DNA from: a virus
Strand: one strand, 5' to 3'
Virus record (IMG/VR): IMGVR_UViG_3300036851_000550
Span: 7,076 to 71,075 of that record
DNA length: 64,000 nucleotides
Shown here piece after piece: positions 45,001 to 53,978 of this stretch (positions are counted from its first letter, which is position 1; each line of letters opens with the position of its first letter). Made by a program: the position numbers and the translations under genes. The notes under the pieces were generated by a model. It saw only the letters and a program-made list of their open reading frames with translations, searched no databases and was not told the DNA's origin.

Positions 45001-45300
45001 GCCGTCCCCGTCGCCGCCGAAGGTCCAGCTGGCCGGCTCGTTACTGGCGGTCCGGTACCAGACCTTCATCCGGCCGAACGTCGCGTCGCCACCGGAGCCC
45101 CGCAGCTCCCACGCGAACCCGGTGGCGGACGGCGCGGTCATCGCCGCCGCAGTGCCGTCGCTCTGGGACTGGATCCCGATCAACAGCTCGCCGTTCACGC
45201 ACCCCGGGTTGATCACTACCCGGTTAGCGGCGCCGATGCCGTCGTCGGCGGCCGAGAGCCGGACCTGAGGCGATGTGCGAGCGATGACCGCTGCGGGCAC
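42013..45300 (-). CDS. Large baseplate/tail-tip protein with LamG-like domain
   Basis: RRGR..EL...EAG, NDDGALDP, LFTGYVERWP, YWPLDD, NDGEWHH..L..LWIDG; follows tape measure. Confidence 0.75.
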   Translation of the reverse strand: MPAAVIARTSPQVRLSAADDGIGAANRVVINPGCVNGELLIGIQSQSDGTAAAMTAPSATGFAWELRGSGGDATFGRMKVWYRTASNEPASWTFGGDGDGNVVVLVIPNWDTRGGEFLWDVEPTFNTGTSATQVSPTITMAVATNRLIRAWASESGGAAHSTAVDYTEHQDTVANAANSLSVQSQQTGPAGPTGTVNSTAGNVPYVAVAFALSSPTGQATSTGLPSVMTPYWSTASNALVAYVAANSAGSDDGTACKISSVIDDAHNAWIEVPDGTDFVAGFPGTPESAVRLSVWYCANAAAVRQITATATETCDSMALQILEASGVTNVSTVDASISADDNDDSAIVATVTTSVANDLIVGAAATGFSDRTLTHTTPNSFTDLGLITSDANTVPEDDVMMRCAYRVVGVATAYSTTWTVAPDANSVWSMIALKEGAPVTTNVNPNWPAMTHQIGFGDDPNDPDLVPTWTNVTTRALSFNTRRGRDYELTRTEAGEADVRMRNDDGALDPSNSLSIYSPNVKVFTPYRIRAVWNGTTYPLFTGYVERWPQMWDEEYGTSPLEGVDGFATLAATRLEGTLGAEILADEPHAYWPLDDGSLATTAANKSETTTDALVATRSANGGGTGSFNADLDLQGEESTCWRQTRSITATDDAPNSIYGTCLVGQLTLPQLSPNGILVETWAKISETTVGQDYGLIGLKASGFGSEPLRRVALLYMDSASGSVAVNVYSAAGVAQGFNSGVSGRNDGEWHHYVLHLTATTIQLWIDGVQQINSVLPSVPASTIDRIYIGGLADEFPNQNFAVGDFAHAAVYELAVADTRRIAVRANSGLFGFPEKSGARMSRLLNYAGWTGGRAIDEGLSLLGAANTIANQSLLAAVQDVANWENGIVFADSSGNFRFIDRANRFNQTTKWVFGEDEANGEIPYETDVQIDYDPKYVYNDVKITRAAGKTSSGNASARQRDQASIDSYFTRNLDKTSGVASVSQCEAEVDWVLENYAQPRLRLSRITIAPSANPDLWPVALGVEIGDRVTVRRRPFGSSEPIELDCSIEQIAHRVMPNRWETTFSLAPFLLTTYPGETGWILGASTLDVDTFLG

Positions 45301-45301
45301 G

Positions 45302-47083
45302 TCAGGACCTCACCGAGGTGGCCAGCGTCGAGCCGGCGTTGCGGGATTCCTTGCGCAAGGCGGCCTCCTGGATCGCGGCCTGCAGCTCGCGCTCGCTGAT
45401 CACCGAGCCCTGCACGGTGACGTAGATGTTCTGGACGGACCCGCCGCCGCCGGACATCGGGATCACCGGCGTGCCGGAGGCTCCCGGGGCGGCCGGCATC
45501 ATCGGCATGGCCACCGAGTTGGCCAGCTGCTGCGCCGCGGCCGTGACGAGACCGGTCGATGAGGCGATCCCCTCGGCGAACATCTCGCCCAGCTTCCGGC
45601 CGCGCGCGTCCGGTGAGCCGTCGCCGGACAGCGGACCCTCCTCGGCCGGCGAGCGCGGCAGGAACATCGCGATCGCGGCGACCAGGCCAGCGACGATGCC
45701 CATCAGTGGGCTGATCATGAAGCCCAGCCCGGCGATGATGCCGACCACGAGGGCCCGCCCCGCGTTGAACCCGGCATCGCCGAACAGGCCGGTCAGCCCG
45801 AGGACGCCGTCGGTGATCGCGGAGACCGCGTTCAGCACCGCGCCGACCGCCGTCACCACGAACGTCGTGATCTCGCCGAAGATCTGGCCGACCATCCGGG
45901 CGGCCGGGATGATCGCCTCCAGGCCCATGATCAGCGCCTCGGACCAGGTCACGTCGCCGAGCACACCGATCAGGGGCGCGATGCCCTCGATGAAGCCGCC
46001 GATGAAGGCCGAAGCCACCCGGGCCACCGAGACCAGCACCATGCCCAGCTGCGGGATGAATACCGACAGCGACTCCCACAGCGGCATCAGGTGCTGGTTG
46101 GTCTCGATCACGACCTGCAGCAGGCCTTCGAGCACCGGGCCCAGCCCGGTGAACATCGCCTGGACGAACGGGCCGAGGTGGACCAGCTCGTCGATCATGC
46201 CGCGGAGCTGCGGACCGATCCCGTCGAGCAGCGCGACGAGCCCCAGACCAAGATTCTCGAGCGTGCCCCCGAAGTCCGCGAGGCTCGGGGTGATCTCTGC
46301 GATCACGTCCGCCCAAGCGATCTTGAGGGCATCCGAGACGACGGCCAGCGCGGTGAAGAAGGGCCCGGACAGCTGGGCCGCCGCCTCGATCACCGAGCCG
46401 AGCATCGAGAGCAGGTTGCCGATGAACTCGCCGAAGGGCGGGAGGCCGTCCTTCAAGATCGTCGGACCGAACTCGATCACGGCCTGGTACATCTCGTCCC
46501 AGCCGGCCCGCATGTTGTCCGTGAAGGCGTCCCAGGCCGGAGCGATCTCGTTCAGGAAGTCCAGGGCGTTGTTGACCATGGACGGCATGCGCAGGATCAG
46601 GTCGGCGAACCAGTCCATGAAGGACACCGCGAGGTCCTCGAACACCGGCGCGAGCCGGTCGAAGACCTGTGTGATCGCCGGCTGCACGGAGTCGAACACC
46701 GTGCGCGTCCGCTCGGCCAGCCGCTCGAGCACCGGGACGTAGGACCGGGCGGCGTCGAGCATCCCCTTGCGCAGGTGCTCGCCGGTTTGCCCCCAGGCCT
46801 CCTGCACGGACTCCGCCTGGAAGGCGCTGACGACACCCAAGGTCATCAGCACACCGATCGAGGCCATGAAGGCGGTGGCGATGATGCCGGCGGTGAACAG
46901 CGAGACGGTGGCGAAGGTCGCCATGGCAACGGCGGCCGTCGAGAAGTGGTTGGCCACCCCGCCGATCTCGCGACCGAACAGCCGGGCCTCGCCGCGCGCA
47001 TGCACCAGACCGGTGGTGAAGTCCGAGGTGTCCAGCGTCAGGCGGGTCCGCAGGTCAGGCATGTTGCTGGCACCGAGCGCCAT
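45302..47083 (-). CDS. Tape measure protein (short, 593 aa)
   Basis: LRTRLTLDTSDF start, helical repeats, FLPRSPAEEGPLSG, C-terminal VTVQGSVISERELQ. Confidence 0.8.
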   Translation of the reverse strand: MALGASNMPDLRTRLTLDTSDFTTGLVHARGEARLFGREIGGVANHFSTAAVAMATFATVSLFTAGIIATAFMASIGVLMTLGVVSAFQAESVQEAWGQTGEHLRKGMLDAARSYVPVLERLAERTRTVFDSVQPAITQVFDRLAPVFEDLAVSFMDWFADLILRMPSMVNNALDFLNEIAPAWDAFTDNMRAGWDEMYQAVIEFGPTILKDGLPPFGEFIGNLLSMLGSVIEAAAQLSGPFFTALAVVSDALKIAWADVIAEITPSLADFGGTLENLGLGLVALLDGIGPQLRGMIDELVHLGPFVQAMFTGLGPVLEGLLQVVIETNQHLMPLWESLSVFIPQLGMVLVSVARVASAFIGGFIEGIAPLIGVLGDVTWSEALIMGLEAIIPAARMVGQIFGEITTFVVTAVGAVLNAVSAITDGVLGLTGLFGDAGFNAGRALVVGIIAGLGFMISPLMGIVAGLVAAIAMFLPRSPAEEGPLSGDGSPDARGRKLGEMFAEGIASSTGLVTAAAQQLANSVAMPMMPAAPGASGTPVIPMSGGGGSVQNIYVTVQGSVISERELQAAIQEAALRKESRNAGSTLATSVRS

Positions 47084-47177
47084 CGGACCTCCTGTAGTTG
47101 ATCGTCAAATGCGTGACCTGCGGGAACACGCCGAATCGGGGCAGGCCGGCGTTGGCCGTCAAGTACCGTGATCAGTG

Positions 47178-47204
47178 CTGGCCACGCTTGAACCGCGTGG
47201 CCAG
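47178..47204. terminator. Stem-loop in the 220-nt spacer before the tape measure gene
   Basis: CTGGCCACGC-ttgaacc-GCGTGGCCAG. Confidence 0.45.
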
Positions 47205-47302
47205 AGCTGGTGGCATCCCGGCCTCACCCGCGAGGGGCAGGCAGAGAATGCGAATGGACGTCCGACAAGCGACACGCGAACGGGGCCCTGCGCGACCAGC
47301 GC

Positions 47303-50300
47303 TCAGCGGGTCCACTGCGGTGTGCGGCTGCGACTGGTCCGGATCGTCCGGGCCGCCTTGCCCTGCGCACTGCCGATCTTCACGATCCGGCCGGTGTTCG
47401 CCGAGCGGACGAACCCGCGGCGGAAGTCGCTCTTGCGCAGCCCGGCATGGGTGCGAACCGTGCGGATGTTCGTCGGCTTCCGCTGCGTGGTCATCCGGCG
47501 GCCACGCTGCACGCTGGGGACAAGCTTCTGCTTGGACCGGTTGAGCGTCCGCGTGGCCTTCCGACCCGGCTTCATGTTCGACCGGACCGGCCGACCGAAC
47601 TGGCTGCGGCCGATCACGTTCCGAGACATCGTGTTCGGGATGCCTCCGGTCCGCTTCGCCGCCGGCTTCTTCGGCGGGGGACGACGCGGCGTCGGCTTCC
47701 GGATCGGGGTGTTGCGGGTCGGCGGCCGAGCGGGGCTGCGGCGCGCGGTGTTGACCACCCCGGTCCGTGTCGCCGTGCGCATCGGCGCTCGGCCTGCCAC
47801 CCTGGAGGTCCGGCCGCCCGCCGCTGGCCGCCGGGCAGCCGGCCGACCCCCAGCCGGTGTGCGGCGGGTGACCGGCTTGGCCCCGGGCTTCCGGACCTTC
47901 GAAGTGGCCTTCGGCAGGTTCCGGCTGCGCGTGATCGGCTTCGAGCCCGGCTTCTTCCCGGCGGTCCGGGCGCGACCGCCCGTGGCGCGGGTGGCGGGAC
48001 GGCGGGAGGTGGCCTGGGCCGGTCGGCGCACGCCGCCACCGCGGGAGGCCTTCGGCGCGCCCTGGCCACGCGGGCGCATCCTCGAGCCGGCGCGGGCCCC
48101 CTTCGGCATCTTGCGACCGCCGCCTCCGGGAGCGGCGGTGCGACGGCCCCCGGTCGGGCGGGGTGGCGGGGCCCCGCCCGACCTCTGGGGCGCACGCCGA
48201 GCTCCACCGCGGGCGGGACCGGTCCGGGTGGGGCGAGCGTTGCGCGACAGGGTGCGGGGCCGGGCCCCGACCTTCACTGGCGTCTTGCGACCGCCGCTGG
48301 CCCCGGTTCGCCCGGTCTTCCGGACTCCGGAGCGGCCGGCGCCCGGACGGCCCTGGGGAGCGCGACGCTGGCCCGGTCGGGCGGCTGGCCTACGACCTGC
48401 TCCCTGCGCGGGGCGACGTGTCCCAGTCGGACCGCGCCGCGCTCCGCGATCAAGCGTACGAGGGCCTGCACCACGCCGCGGCGTCTGCTTGCCCGTCCGA
48501 CGGACCGGAGCGCGAGAGGGCGTCCTACGGCCGCCTGAGCGGACCGCTGCGGGCTTACGGGCGGGAGTCCGGGGTGTCCGTACCCCCATGACGCGCCCGG
48601 GAGGCTGCCCACCGCCGCCTCCGCCACTGCGGTCGCTGCGCTGGGCGCGACGGGCACGCGGGGGTGTAGTCCGACGTGGACGGGGGGCGGTGCTCCGGCC
48701 GCGTCCTCGAGCTCGACCCGGACCGGAGGTGCGCGTGGTCCGGCGAGTCGTGGTCCGACCTCGGGTGCCCGGGGCGGTGGTCCGACGCGGGCGCGCCGTG
48801 GGGCGGGACGAGGTGGACCGTCGCGCGCCGCCGGTCTGGCGCGCTGTGGGTCGACGGGTGCCGGACGGGCGAGCGGTGGGTGTCCGGCGAGCACCGGAGG
48901 GCCGAGTGGCACGGCGGGTGGCCGGTCGCGAGGTCCCCCGACGGGTGGTCGGACGTGCGGTTCCTCGCCGCGCGGTGCCCGGGCGTGTCCCCCGCTGTGT
49001 CCCGGGTCGTGTCCCGGTTGGGCGTCGGGTACCGCCGCGTGCCGGCCGGCGAGCTCCGGGCCGCGTGGAAGTGCCCCGACGGGCCCCCGGCCGAGCCGCG
49101 GTGCCCCGGCGGGTGGTCGGCCCGGAGGTACGTCCCGGACGAGCGCCTGGTCGCGTGGTGGGCCGTCGCGCGCCCGATCCCCGACGAGGAGCCGTGGTGG
49201 GCCGGCGCCGAGCACCGCCGGCACGCCCGGGACGGCGCGCGCCGCCGGTGGTCGTGGTGGGTCGACGGGATCCGGTTCCCCGGCGGGTCGTGGGACGCCG
49301 CGACGGGCGGCCAGCGGGCCGACGAGCGCCCGGACGGCGGGTGGTGGGGGTTCCGGGACGCCTGGGGCGCCCGGCGCCCGTCCTGCGCGGTGTGGGACGC
49401 ATCGGGCGAGCACCGGTGCGACGTCCCGGACGGGCAGTAGTGGGCCGGCGGGCGCCGCGACGAACCCGGGTGGGCTGGGTCGGGCGAGCGCCGGTCCGAC
49501 GGCCCGGGGCCCCGCGCCGTGGGGTGGGTCGAGCACCTCGGCGGGTGCGGGTCGGCTGACCGGTGCCCCGGCGGGCCGGCGGCCTGGTCGTGGGGCGACG
49601 GCGCTGCGCAGTGCGAGGCGGACGAGGCCGCGGGGTGGTCCGAACACCACGACGGGATCGGGTCTGCGGCCGGGTGCCCTGCGCGGTGCGAGGCCGGGGC
49701 GTCGGACGTACGGCACGCCGCCGCGTCGGGCGGGCCGGCGGCCGACGAGTGCCGACGCGCTGACGGTCGCGCTGTGGACGGGCAGTCCGTCGACGAGTCG
49801 GCTGCCCGGTGCGGCGCTGGGTGCGTGTGCGCGTCTGGGTGCGCGTACGTGCCTGGGTGCGCTGGCGGGTCGGACCGGTGGTCGCCCGCTTCGTCGGAGA
49901 TCCGGTCTTCTTCCCGGTGCGGACCGGAGCCCGAGTGCCCGTGATGGTCTTGGTTGGGCGGCGAGCCGGCGTGCGCACTCGCGATGGACGCGCTGCGCGA
50001 GCGGGCGCCGCCTGGTCTATCCCCCGAGCTCGTGGTCGAGCGGCTCGGGTGATTGCGTTGGGATTGACCACCCGAGCCGCCCGGGGCGCTCCGGACGAGA
50101 TGCGAGGTCGTCCGAAGAGGCCGCCGCTGGACACCGTGGTCGGGGCCATCCCCCGGGGTGCAGCTCGCCGGATGGGCGCGATCATGGCCGCCGGACCTGC
50201 ACCCCGGAACAGCCTGCCGCGCAGGATGGAACCTAGCCCGACAGCGGCCAGGATGCGCAGGAACAACCCGTTCAGCGCGCTGGGCGCGACCGACCGGATC

Positions 50301-50824
50301 CGGATCGGTGGCGTGGGCGCGGTGCCAGCGCCCTGTCGGCCGTGCGGACCGCGCAACGCGTCGGCGATCGGGTCCCGCAGCTTCCGGTACGCCTTCGGCC
50401 GAACCAGGACCGCGGACGTGGTCATGAAGCGGGCGCCGCGCTGGTGGAACCGGCGGCCGAGGCGGTCCGGGCCGCGGAAGCCGTACTCGATGCGCTTCCC
50501 GTACACGATGTCGGTGCCGATGACGGCCGTGTACTCGGAGTCCGGGCTGTTGAAGCCCATCACCCCCTGGATGGGGATGGCCTGCCGCACGGACACCCCG
50601 GAGCCACCGGTGCCGCCGAACGACATCGAGTAGGGGCCCTCGATCTGCGCGACGATCGATGCCGCGAGCGCACCGGAGCGCTTCGGCGCCTTCTTCTGGA
50701 TCTCCTGCTGGATGGCCCGCGCCGCGGCCTCGATGCCGATGTAGGACGCGCCGTCGACCTTGAACTCGACCTCGTGGGTCGCGTCGACGAACTCATCCAC
50801 ATCGACGTCGACGAAGCGGGCCAT
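47303..50824 (-). CDS. HK97 gp10-like tail protein fused to an ~1000-aa Arg/Thr/Pro/Gly-rich polycationic extension
   Basis: N-term APKRSGALAASI...IGTDIVYGKRIEYG...ARFM gp10 motifs; GGAGG SD; after ~aa 155 no Glu and only about five Asp. Confidence 0.8.
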   Translation of the reverse strand: MARFVDVDVDEFVDATHEVEFKVDGASYIGIEAAARAIQQEIQKKAPKRSGALAASIVAQIEGPYSMSFGGTGGSGVSVRQAIPIQGVMGFNSPDSEYTAVIGTDIVYGKRIEYGFRGPDRLGRRFHQRGARFMTTSAVLVRPKAYRKLRDPIADALRGPHGRQGAGTAPTPPIRIRSVAPSALNGLFLRILAAVGLGSILRGRLFRGAGPAAMIAPIRRAAPRGMAPTTVSSGGLFGRPRISSGAPRAARVVNPNAITRAARPRARGIDQAAPARAARPSRVRTPARRPTKTITGTRAPVRTGKKTGSPTKRATTGPTRQRTQARTRTQTRTRTQRRTGQPTRRRTARPQRDRQRVGTRRPPARPTRRRAVRPTPRPRTAQGTRPQTRSRRGVRTTPRPRPPRTAQRRRPTTRPPARRGTGQPTRTRRGARPTPRRGAPGRRTGARPTQPTRVRRGARRPTTARPGRRTGARPMRPTPRRTGAGRPRRPGTPTTRRPGARRPAGRPSRRPTTRRGTGSRRPTTTTGGARRPGRAGGARRRPTTAPRRGSGARRPTTRPGARPGRTSGPTTRRGTAARPGARRGTSTRPGARRPARGGTRRPTGTRPGTQRGTRPGTARRGTARPTTRRGTSRPATRRATRPSGARRTPTARPSGTRRPTARQTGGARRSTSSRPTARPRRTTAPGTRGRTTTRRTTRTSGPGRARGRGRSTAPRPRRTTPPRARRAQRSDRSGGGGGGQPPGRVMGVRTPRTPARKPAAVRSGGRRTPSRAPVRRTGKQTPRRGAGPRTLDRGARRGPTGTRRPAQGAGRRPAARPGQRRAPQGRPGAGRSGVRKTGRTGASGGRKTPVKVGARPRTLSRNARPTRTGPARGGARRAPQRSGGAPPPRPTGGRRTAAPGGGGRKMPKGARAGSRMRPRGQGAPKASRGGGVRRPAQATSRRPATRATGGRARTAGKKPGSKPITRSRNLPKATSKVRKPGAKPVTRRTPAGGRPAARRPAAGGRTSRVAGRAPMRTATRTGVVNTARRSPARPPTRNTPIRKPTPRRPPPKKPAAKRTGGIPNTMSRNVIGRSQFGRPVRSNMKPGRKATRTLNRSKQKLVPSVQRGRRMTTQRKPTNIRTVRTHAGLRKSDFRRGFVRSANTGRIVKIGSAQGKAARTIRTSRSRTPQWTR

Positions 50825-50837
50825 CCGTACCGCCTCC

Positions 50838-51110
50838 TCAGAATCGTCGTCGCATGCGGGCTGACGCCTGCTGCTGTTTCGCCTCGCGCTCCTGCTTCTT
50901 GCGCTGCTGTTCTTCGAGCTCCCTCTCGACGCCCTGGATGGCCAGCAGCCAGTCCAGGATCTCCACGTCGAGTCGGTCGACGACGTCCGGTGACCAGCCG
51001 TAGACCTTGCCGATCACGTGGTACTGGTACGGGATGTCCGGGTACGTACGCCCCGGGATCCGTCGACCGATCTCGAGCGCGGCCTTCAGCCGTCGGAGGG
51101 CTTGGTAGGG
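50838..51110 (-). CDS. Tail assembly chaperone C-terminal extension (probable -1 frameshift product)
   Basis: -1 frame PYQALRRLKAALE..YGWSPDVVDRLD..WLL overlaps end of TAC with no good start of its own; candidate site TCC CCT ACC. Confidence 0.6.
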   Translation of the reverse strand, partial: PYQALRRLKAALEIGRRIPGRTYPDIPYQYHVIGKVYGWSPDVVDRLDVEILDWLLAIQGVERELEEQQRKKQEREAKQQQASARMRRRF

Positions 51111-51496
51111 GAGTTGGGGTCCGGAGTCGGCTTGAAGTTGATCGTCATCCGGTCCATCCACCACTTCGCCGCGCCGAGCAACAGGTCCTCGACGTCGGTG
51201 TCGAGCGCATCCAGCGACTCCAGGTGCTCGTACCCGGTGACCTGCCCGTCCTTCCACACCACCCGCGGATGTGGCGCGTCCATCCACCACCCCGTGATCA
51301 GGTGGGCGAGCATGTGCCGCATCAGCTCAAGGCTGCCGCCGGCCGATTTCTGGTCGACGGCATCGGCGACCTCGAAGAGCTTCCGTCGTTCGCCGGCCTT
51401 GAACCGGTCGCGCGCACCGCGCAGGTTAACCCAGCGCTCGACGTCGTCTTCGTCCTCGGCGGGCAGGCAGATGCGTTGGGGAGCGGACGTGGTCAT
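51086..51496 (-). CDS. Tail assembly chaperone
   Basis: Directly after major tail gene; LITGWW..; AAGGAGTCA SD. Confidence 0.7.
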   Translation of the reverse strand: MTTSAPQRICLPAEDEDDVERWVNLRGARDRFKAGERRKLFEVADAVDQKSAGGSLELMRHMLAHLITGWWMDAPHPRVVWKDGQVTGYEHLESLDALDTDVEDLLLGAAKWWMDRMTINFKPTPDPNSPTKPSDG

Positions 51497-51534
51497 TTCG
51501 TTGACTCCTTGGTTGATCTTCTAGGTGGAGCTTC

Positions 51535-52536
51535 TTACGCCTGGAGCATGTAGACGTCTTCGGGGATGGAGTTCGTCAGCAGGACCCCTGCGGGGGAGAA
51601 GCCCCCGGAAGCTCCGGTGGCGTCGAAGATGTTGGCGATCGCGTCGAACTGCGCGCTCACCTGGGTGAAGTCCTCGCCGCGCTCGACCTTCGCCGAGTTG
51701 TACACGACCTTGGACATCGTCACGGCCAGCGAGGCAGTGCCCTGGGCGAAGGAGAAAGCCATGGGCACCTGACCGTCCGGCGAGCCGCCGTCGTTGACCG
51801 CCAGGTACTTCAGGAACTCCGTCTCGTCATTGGCCACGAACATCACCCGGCCGGACACCGTGATCGGTCCCTGCCAGATCTGCAGCGGGTTCTGGGTGCC
51901 GTCCACGGTCTGCACCACGGAGACGTTCCGCGAGAAGTTGATCTCAGCTTCCTCGACCAGCACGTTGCCGGCGCCGCCGATGGTGACCGTGCCGACCCAG
52001 CCAGGTACCGGGTCCAGCGTGCCGAACGACGGGACGAGGTCGGTGTCGGTGACGCTGGCGTGGGTGGTGAAGCTCGCCGAGTAGGTGAGCAGCTCCTGCG
52101 CGGACACCCGCAGCGACAACGACGAGCAGGTGGCCGCGGCGTACTTGCGGACCTGCAAGCCCTGGTAGTCGAAGATCGTGTAGCTGGGGCACTGGCCCTT
52201 GGTGACCGCGTGGTCGTTGTTCAGCGTGAACTCGTGCGCGAACGGCCCGGGCCCGGTGGTCTCGGACTCGCCGAAGATCGCGGCCAGGAAGAACCCGAAG
52301 GTGTCCAGGTGGACATTGCCCTCGATGTCGTAGGACGCGCTCTTCGTGCCCGCGACGGCTCCGTACATGGTGGCCATCGAGCCCCGCATGCCCTGGTCGG
52401 GCAGCACCTCGGTGGCGTCGTCGCCGTCCGCCCGGGTGACCGGGATGCCATGGGAGGGCGCCGCGATCGGGGTGCCCTTGGTGACTTCCAGGGCGATGCC
52501 GGTCCAACCGAAGCCCGTGCTGCCGGGACTGGTCAC
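51535..52536 (-). CDS. Major tail (tube) protein
   Basis: GIALEVTKGT, DQGMRGS, HEFTL, PSYTI..; position. Confidence 0.8.
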   Translation of the reverse strand: MTSPGSTGFGWTGIALEVTKGTPIAAPSHGIPVTRADGDDATEVLPDQGMRGSMATMYGAVAGTKSASYDIEGNVHLDTFGFFLAAIFGESETTGPGPFAHEFTLNNDHAVTKGQCPSYTIFDYQGLQVRKYAAATCSSLSLRVSAQELLTYSASFTTHASVTDTDLVPSFGTLDPVPGWVGTVTIGGAGNVLVEEAEINFSRNVSVVQTVDGTQNPLQIWQGPITVSGRVMFVANDETEFLKYLAVNDGGSPDGQVPMAFSFAQGTASLAVTMSKVVYNSAKVERGEDFTQVSAQFDAIANIFDATGASGGFSPAGVLLTNSIPEDVYMLQA

Positions 52537-52706
52537 AGTTCCTCCTCATCCCGTGCGAACGGGGTCGGCTTGTTCTCCGGCTCGAGCTCGAACCAGTAGG
52601 GGTCGGGGTTGTCGTCGGCCTCGATCACGTCTCCGGGGCCGACGATGGCGGGCCGCATGTGCGGGAAGATCCGCTCGTCGCTGCCCTTGAAGCGGTACCG
52701 GCTCAT
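52533..52706 (-). CDS. Small virion-associated protein
   Basis: YRFKGSDERIFP..VGPGDVIE; GAGG SD. Confidence 0.55.
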   Translation of the reverse strand: MSRYRFKGSDERIFPHMRPAIVGPGDVIEADDNPDPYWFELEPENKPTPFARDEEEL

Positions 52707-52713
52707 GTCGTCC

Positions 52714-53202
52714 TCACGAAGTGATCCACTGGGTGATCTCGAACCGCATCCGGGCGCGGAGCTCGGTCGGCTCGCCGCCGACGTTGGTGTCCGGTCGCTC
52801 GAACTCGGTCTGGATGCCGTAGCCGCCCTCGCCGGCCTGCCAGATGACCGACTCGTCCGCGGACAGCCGGCGATCGGCCCGCAGCCGCTCCTTGAGCTCG
52901 TCGAGGATCCGGTCGAAGTTGTCCATGCCGTGCGCGGTGTCCGGGTCGGTGGACCGGTGGAAGATGTCCAAGCAGACGAGGTAATCGATGCGCTTCTTGC
53001 CGCTGTGCTCGCCGCCGAGCGCGATCCGCAGCTCCCCGTCGGCCTCGAAGTCGATCGAGATCTGGCAGCGGTGGTTGCCGGACCCGTGGGTGGTGAAGTC
53101 CCAGCGCAGCGGATAGGTCGGGTAGATCCGGTCCACCCCAACGATCTCGGCGTTCGTCAGCCAGTCGACCAGTGCGGCGCGAGCGTCAGCTCGAGCTCCC
53201 AC
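52714..53202 (-). CDS. Tail terminator-like protein
   Basis: E.RIALGGEHSGKKRIDY..FD..LD.LK.RLRADR.L; position. Confidence 0.6.
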   Translation of the reverse strand: MGARADARAALVDWLTNAEIVGVDRIYPTYPLRWDFTTHGSGNHRCQISIDFEADGELRIALGGEHSGKKRIDYLVCLDIFHRSTDPDTAHGMDNFDRILDELKERLRADRRLSADESVIWQAGEGGYGIQTEFERPDTNVGGEPTELRARMRFEITQWITS

Positions 53203-53203
53203 G

Positions 53204-53905
53204 TCAGGCCACCACGGTGACGCGCAGCGGCTGGAGCAGCGCCTCGGCCTCGGGGTCGAACACCGGGGCCCGCAGCCGGGTGAAGCGAGCACCGCGGCCG
53301 AACTGCTGGCCGGTCAGGTCCCGGGTGAACCGGGTGCCGGTGCCGTACTGGCCGGCGATGCTGGTCAGGTCCTTCGACTTGAAGTGATCAACGGCCAGGA
53401 TCTGGCAGGCCGAGACGACGTCGCCGGGCACCGCCGGCCAGCCCCAGCTGGCGGTGATCTGCACCCGAGCACGGCGCGACACCCGGCGGTATCGCGAGGC
53501 GTTGCCAGTAGTGAACCGCTGGTTCGGAATCGGGAACTCTGCGGCGCCGAGGGCGACGATCATCTCGTAGGGGTGGGTGCCGTTCAGCCGGTCGAATGGC
53601 TCGAGCTGGTAGTCGGTGGCCGCCCAGGTGGTCTCGAAGACGCCGTCGTCGTCCATGTCGGTCTGCACGATCAGGCCGACCGAGGTGGCGATGTCACCGG
53701 TCCACACCTCGTCGCACTGGTATGGCCGGAAGAGCTTCGCGGTCGGGGTCTCGACCTTGTAGAAGTGCCGGCCGCAGTACTCGTCGATCTGGCGCGACGC
53801 TGCGGTGATGGCGCGGTCGTACTCGTCGTCGTGCGCGGTCATCTGGTCCCGGAGAACGTCCTGCAGCTGCTGGCGCTCCATGTAGCAGTTGACCAAGTCG
53901 GCCAC
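53204..53905 (-). CDS. Head-to-tail adaptor
   Basis: AITAASRQIDEYCGRHF, DYQLEP, VQITASWGWPAVPGDV..AC. Confidence 0.8.
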   Translation of the reverse strand: MADLVNCYMERQQLQDVLRDQMTAHDDEYDRAITAASRQIDEYCGRHFYKVETPTAKLFRPYQCDEVWTGDIATSVGLIVQTDMDDDGVFETTWAATDYQLEPFDRLNGTHPYEMIVALGAAEFPIPNQRFTTGNASRYRRVSRRARVQITASWGWPAVPGDVVSACQILAVDHFKSKDLTSIAGQYGTGTRFTRDLTGQQFGRGARFTRLRAPVFDPEAEALLQPLRVTVVA

Positions 53906-53927
53906 CGGTCCTCCTCAGGGCGTTGGG

Positions 53928-53974
53928 CCTGACGAACCAGGCCAGGGGAGTCAGTCCTGGCCTGGTCCGTCAGG
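53928..53974. terminator. Stem-loop after head genes
   Basis: CCTGACG..ACCAGGCCAGG...CCTGGCCTGGT..CGTCAGG. Confidence 0.5.
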
Positions 53975-53978
53975 GGCT

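Noticed and set aside
41242-45399. 1385-aa plus-strand ORF and other long antisense ORFs (e.g. 11264-13021, 61854-63656, 22352-24121)
   Set aside because: Shadow ORFs opposite well-supported genes in GC-rich DNA; no motifs or SD
47175-49559. 794-aa Arg/Val/Gly-rich plus-strand ORF
   Set aside because: Antisense mirror of the Arg-rich gene; lacks a recognisable domain and runs against the tail operon
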